The position numbers and the translations under genes were made by a program. DNA of 64,000 nt from the human T2T-CHM13v2.0 reference genome, Homo sapiens: the NCBI RefSeq assembly GCF_009914755.1, contig NC_060929.1; one strand, given 5' to 3'. Below the pieces are notes generated by a model. It saw nothing but the letters and a program-made list of their open reading frames with translations. It was not told the origin of the DNA and did no database searches. Positions 59,317 through 64,000 of the stretch are shown here, piece after piece; within the stretch, counting starts at the first letter, position 1; every line of letters begins with the position of its first letter.

Positions 59317-61204
59317 AGGGCATACTGAATCCTTGGCCCTTGCCTCATAGATTGGAATAATCTGAGAAAAGAAAAACTTCTATTCAAAAGTGTAGGATGA
59401 TGAAAAGTGAAATAATGATAGCCAAGCACTTATTTTAAGCATGCTTTGTTGGCAGCTGTGCAATTTGGCCATCATTTCAAAAGTCTTTTACAGAAGGAAA
59501 GGCTAGGCGAAAGGAACAGACCCAAATCTAGGAAGTGCCATAGATTTCAATGGTCTCACGTTGTTAGGGGAAAAAAGCAATAAAGTCGATCATTAAAATT
59601 AACCACTCTCAGTTTTAAACATTTAAAAATTATTAAATCCACCATGACCTAAATTACTCCCATATAACCAAATTCTCTATTTCATTGTTCCCAAACTTGG
59701 GGGTACAACATTATAGGTTGTCCTGAAAGATGACGTCCAGACGCTTTGAGAGTCAAATCATTTGCTGAATAAATGCCTTGTTGTTATAAGTAAACCAAGG
59801 GATTATTATTCCAGTTTGTTGGGAAAATATTTCAAGACATACTTCTTTAGTTCCCTGTGTGAATTAAACAGGCATAGAACTTGCTTGCAACACGACAAAA
59901 CCCAAACATCTTACTTTAAACGCTTTAAAGAATAGTCATTCCAAGTAGTTGCTTGCATTTTCATCCTCTGGAATGCATACTGTGCTATATTTTGAGTCTT
60001 TCCCCTTTGGAGCAGGTCCCATCGAGCATATGAGTATGAACAGTTATTTACCAGTTACTTGGGTTTATACTGTATGGGTAATTCTGCCCGTTTGAATAGC
60101 TGGAGAAATCACTCAAGTGCTGCTTAGGAGCAGACGTTTGAGAAGCTCAGAGTTCTCAGTGCCCTTGTGTGGGTGCCACCCCACAGCCCTCGCGGACAGT
60201 AAGAATGGACATGGAGGCAGCCCCGATGATTTTGTTCTTTTCAATAATCCATTTTTCTTCCTGGGTGCTTATAGGGCACTTTCTTTTTCCTTAGATGGAT
60301 AATCTGTGTTTGCTTGTTTATTAATTTCGCCTGATTTTCTCCAAGCCTTTTTAGGAAATTGAATTTAGCCCAGGAAATTGAATTTCTCCGTGTCTCTCAT
60401 TCTGTCTGTTCTGAATGTTAGGTGCCAGGACTTAAGATACTTGTCAATATTGTATGTGAACAAACTTACAGGTGAAATACATGCTTGTTGTAGAAAACTT
60501 AGAAAATAATTCAAGGAAAGAAAGAAAAGTTGCCTATAATTTCATCTTAGAGATAAAACTGACGATATTGTGGTATTATCTTTTTCCCATATCTTTCATT
60601 GCTTTTAATAGGTTTTTTTCTAAGCAGTAGAGATACACACATACACATACAACATCTTGTAACCTACTTTTAGCAGTTGGTAAGTATTTCTTCTGACTTA
60701 ATAGAAACACTTAATGAAAATGACTGACAGTGAGGATTTCATATGCTTGGGCCAGACATTCCCATGTCTCAACGGGTCCTCATGGTGTGGTGGCTGGAGC
60801 ACCTGGGAAAAGGGACATTGCCAGCCAGCCCTGCCTCTGTGATGTTCTCTGGCCATGTCACCATATTCCTGTGAGCTTCCACGTTCTGATCTGTAAAATA
60901 GGGATAATAGTCACAGTTTTGCAGTGTAAAAAAAGGGCATTTAGTATAGGATTAGGAATTATTAGAAACACTTTGATAAGGAACTATAAGATGCACTTTT
61001 ATATTATATCTAAGCTTGTAAACTTAACCAAAAGGCAACTGCAAATCGTCCTGGCCATTAAAGCACCAAATAAATTCTGGCACATTAATACTCTCAGTTC
61101 AGCTCCATCATCAAACATGTCTCCCATTCCTGGTGGCCTCACAGACACCAAGGTTTGCAGTTTTCATGGGTTATAAAAACAACTTGATGAAAAGCAAGTC
61201 TTAT

Positions 61205-61333
61205 TCTTTTTTTTTTTTTTCAATTGAGATGGGGTCTCCCAGTGTTGCCTGGGCTGGTCTCGGAACTCCTGGGCTCAAACAGTCCTCCTTCCTTGGCCTC
61301 CCAAAGTGGTGGGATTACCACCACACCAGGCCA
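61205..61333 (-). mobile_element. FLAM_C-like Alu monomer
   Basis: T-tract then gagatggggtctc...cctcccaaagtggtgggatta. Confidence 0.8.
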
Positions 61334-62624
61334 AAGCCTTGTTCTTTGCCTGGAAAGAAATAAGATAAAATAGGAAAATTATAACATGACAGAGAACAAA
61401 GTGTCAGATTTAATCTTACATTTACTCTGATTAATCAGCAAACAGAATCTCTGTGTAGCTTCCCAGACCTGACTGTTTTGTATTCGTTAGCTTGTAATCA
61501 GAACAGAAAACAGATATATGACACATTACTCAACATCCTTTTTAATCCAAGTGCTTCATAGTTTCTCTTAAAAATGGTTTCCATCTTAAGGGACTGTCAC
61601 CTTCTTGTTCAATCCTTTATTTTCTCAAAGAGAGGGAATAGTTGTTTCCCATTGTTCCTCTATGGAAGGGTGATTTTGGGTGCGAATGGGATGGTGTAGG
61701 AGAAGGGGCTGTGAGTGCCCATGCCTGTCCTAACTGGGGTAGTCTGGGCCGCAGACTGATGTGCTGTGAGTTCCATGAGTAATTTATGTCCAGGCAGGTG
61801 CACCCACCTTCCTTGCTATCTGAAATTGGCCCCATGGCCCTAAGTAGGACCCTGTCATTTATGCCTGGGGTCCGCTGCACTCTCTCAAGTGCTGTCGTCC
61901 CTCTAGAGTCTAAACAAAGACTCAGGTAAAAGCCATGCCCAGACACCTTCTTCCCGACCCCACCCCACGCGAGTTCCAAATTGGCCACAGTCAAAGGAAA
62001 ATCTTCACCGACAACAATGGATTTCCAAGGAAGTAAACTGAGTAAAGCTAAAGGGAATGGCCCGCAAGAAGAAAAGCCTTCCAGGAGATGCTGAGAGGGG
62101 CAGAGCGCTTCCTTGGAGCGGAGTGCTAGGTCCAAGTCAGAGCTCTCTAGAGGGAGGGAAGTCAGGAAGAAGATCTCACCTTCTCCTAGCAACTGGAGGC
62201 AGAGGCAGCACTCCCCTCCTCTCCCCTGTCCACCACTCTGTTGACTTCAGCGGTTTTATGACAGGCCTATAGGCATCAGGGTTACTGGTGTCCCCTTCCA
62301 GGGCAGGAATCAGAGAACACCAGAAGAGACTGGTGTCGATCTTTGTAAGGCTCGGTTTCCAGTCCTTGCAGTTCTCAGACATTCACATGAGACAAAAAAG
62401 AGGGACAAATCTTATCCTGAGGTTCTTTGTGAATGTCTTATCCAGGGCATGTGCTAGAGCAGAAGTCATTCAAAAATGCAGCTACGCAGAAGCACGTCCT
62501 CACTCCCAGAGCACAGCCAAACCTAGACCGCAGCAGCTGCAGCCATGTAGCACCAGTGCCCTGAGCAAGTTGATGTCAAGTTGATGTCTCCAAAATATAA
62601 CACACTTGTGCTAATTCAGACTAA

Positions 62625-64000
62625 TTGTCAGCAGGCTTTTCTGGAAAGAGCCAGGTAGTGCATATCTTAGGCTTTGTGGGCCAAGATACTGGGTAGGTAT
62701 TTACGATGAGAGAAAACACATTTTCACAAAAGTTTCAGTGGTAAATTCAAAATATATTATCTTAGTGCATTTTTTGTAATATATGTCTAATGAGAAGAAT
62801 AGAATTCTTTTCTTGGTGAGGGATAACATTTCACTTATTGGGATTCAAAGTTAGTGTTTCCTATTATCAACATCTATTGTAAATGTTCCTCTCTTAGTGT
62901 TGATCTGTCATGAGATTTTATGTATTTTATCTCTATAAATGGAAGCGTTGACATCAGTCCACATGTATATGATTTTAATTGAGCATGATCATCACTTGGA
63001 AGGCACTCATGGAATCCTGTTAGATTCTTCTCTTGATCTTTGCCTTTCCATATGGTATTACATTACAGATTCATATCTTCCTATGGAAGATTAGATGGCA
63101 ACTCTTCCACTGCACAGCTAAATGGATTTTGAAATATGGAAATCCAGGTTCACACACTGTATTTAAACTTAGAATTTATATCCACTGCAAACTCATGTGA
63201 GCATGGAGAGCTCACTTCTTTTAATTTTAATAGCATGGAAAGTACAGAACGCAGTTTGATATGACTTGTGATTGGAACAATGGCAGTTGTCATCAAAATG
63301 ACTTTAACACAGTATGAGTTTTGCACAAGTGCTGTTTTGCCTTGCAGCTTTAGGTTGAATTTATTATCAAGTCTGCAGTAAAAGCTACTTAAGCCCTTCA
63401 GAACTCAATAATGGTGGTGAGGGCAGTTCTTGCTCAGAAAAGTTTCAGTCTCAGCTCTGAGCTCAAAATAATGTGATGAAACTTTATTAAGCCATCAAAC
63501 TGGTGTGTTTATGTGGGACAAATCGGCATAGTCAGCTTATTTGTGACAAAAAGTTAGAGAACTGATGATAGTTGAGTCCATGAGAGGGATTGTCATTCAC
63601 TGTTGACACTATGGGCTTAATCACACACAACAGATTTTCTGCAAAAGACCTGCTGATACAAGGAATAGCATGAAACACCTTACATTTTTACAAGTTTGTA
63701 AGTTTGTAATTTGTTTTTTTTTTTGTCCCATACATTTTTATCACCATCATTTGCAACAGCTTAGCAGATTCCACTTTGGATTCTACTAAATTCGTGTTTT
63801 CTCAACATCTTTGAAAATATTCTCACCGGTAGTTGTTCTGCACAGACTATCTAAAGAGCCTAACCCTTCATTCACTTCAGCCTTGATGTGAACTCCTCAA
63901 ATAAACAACTGAGCCATATCAGTAACATCCATAGACTCACCCAGAGCCGACAAAGACTGCTCATCATCTGCCTTGCTTTTTCTTTTTTAATTATTATTTT
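62625..64000. mobile_element. hAT DNA transposon remnant (MER58/Cheshire-like)
   Basis: Terminal-like ttttctggaaagagccaggtagt...ttaggctttgtgggcc followed by >1 kb AT-rich degenerate sequence. Confidence 0.55.

Noticed and set aside
61617-62192. 191-aa minus-strand ORF in SRD5A1 intron 1
   Set aside because: Non-ATG start, no recognisable domain; compatible with chance

Overview
Human (or near-identical great-ape) genomic DNA, recognised from the encoded proteins as the NSUN2-SRD5A1 locus (chr5p15.31). It holds the complete 19-exon NSUN2 gene on the minus strand (RNA m5C methyltransferase). I traced all exons by eye: GT-AG boundaries, 2304-nt CDS, 767 aa. SRD5A1 exon 1 and part of intron 1 lie on the plus strand, head-to-head with NSUN2 across a CpG-island bidirectional promoter (ATGs ~600 bp apart). 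At the left, a CpG island and flanking signals fit the liver lncRNA LINC01018 (assigned by synteny from memory). The rest is interspersed repeats (Alu, L1, MIR, a nested LTR cluster, Tigger and hAT remnants) plus several tandem repeats, the largest a 20-copy ~54-bp U/G-rich array. I see no clearly new biological system. The best leads are the inverted-Alu layout that predicts NSUN2 circRNAs (including a stop-free exon 12-14 circle), the structured 54-bp array, and a strong-Kozak out-of-frame uATG in SRD5A1. Repeat subfamily names are recognised from memory and need RepeatMasker/Dfam confirmation.
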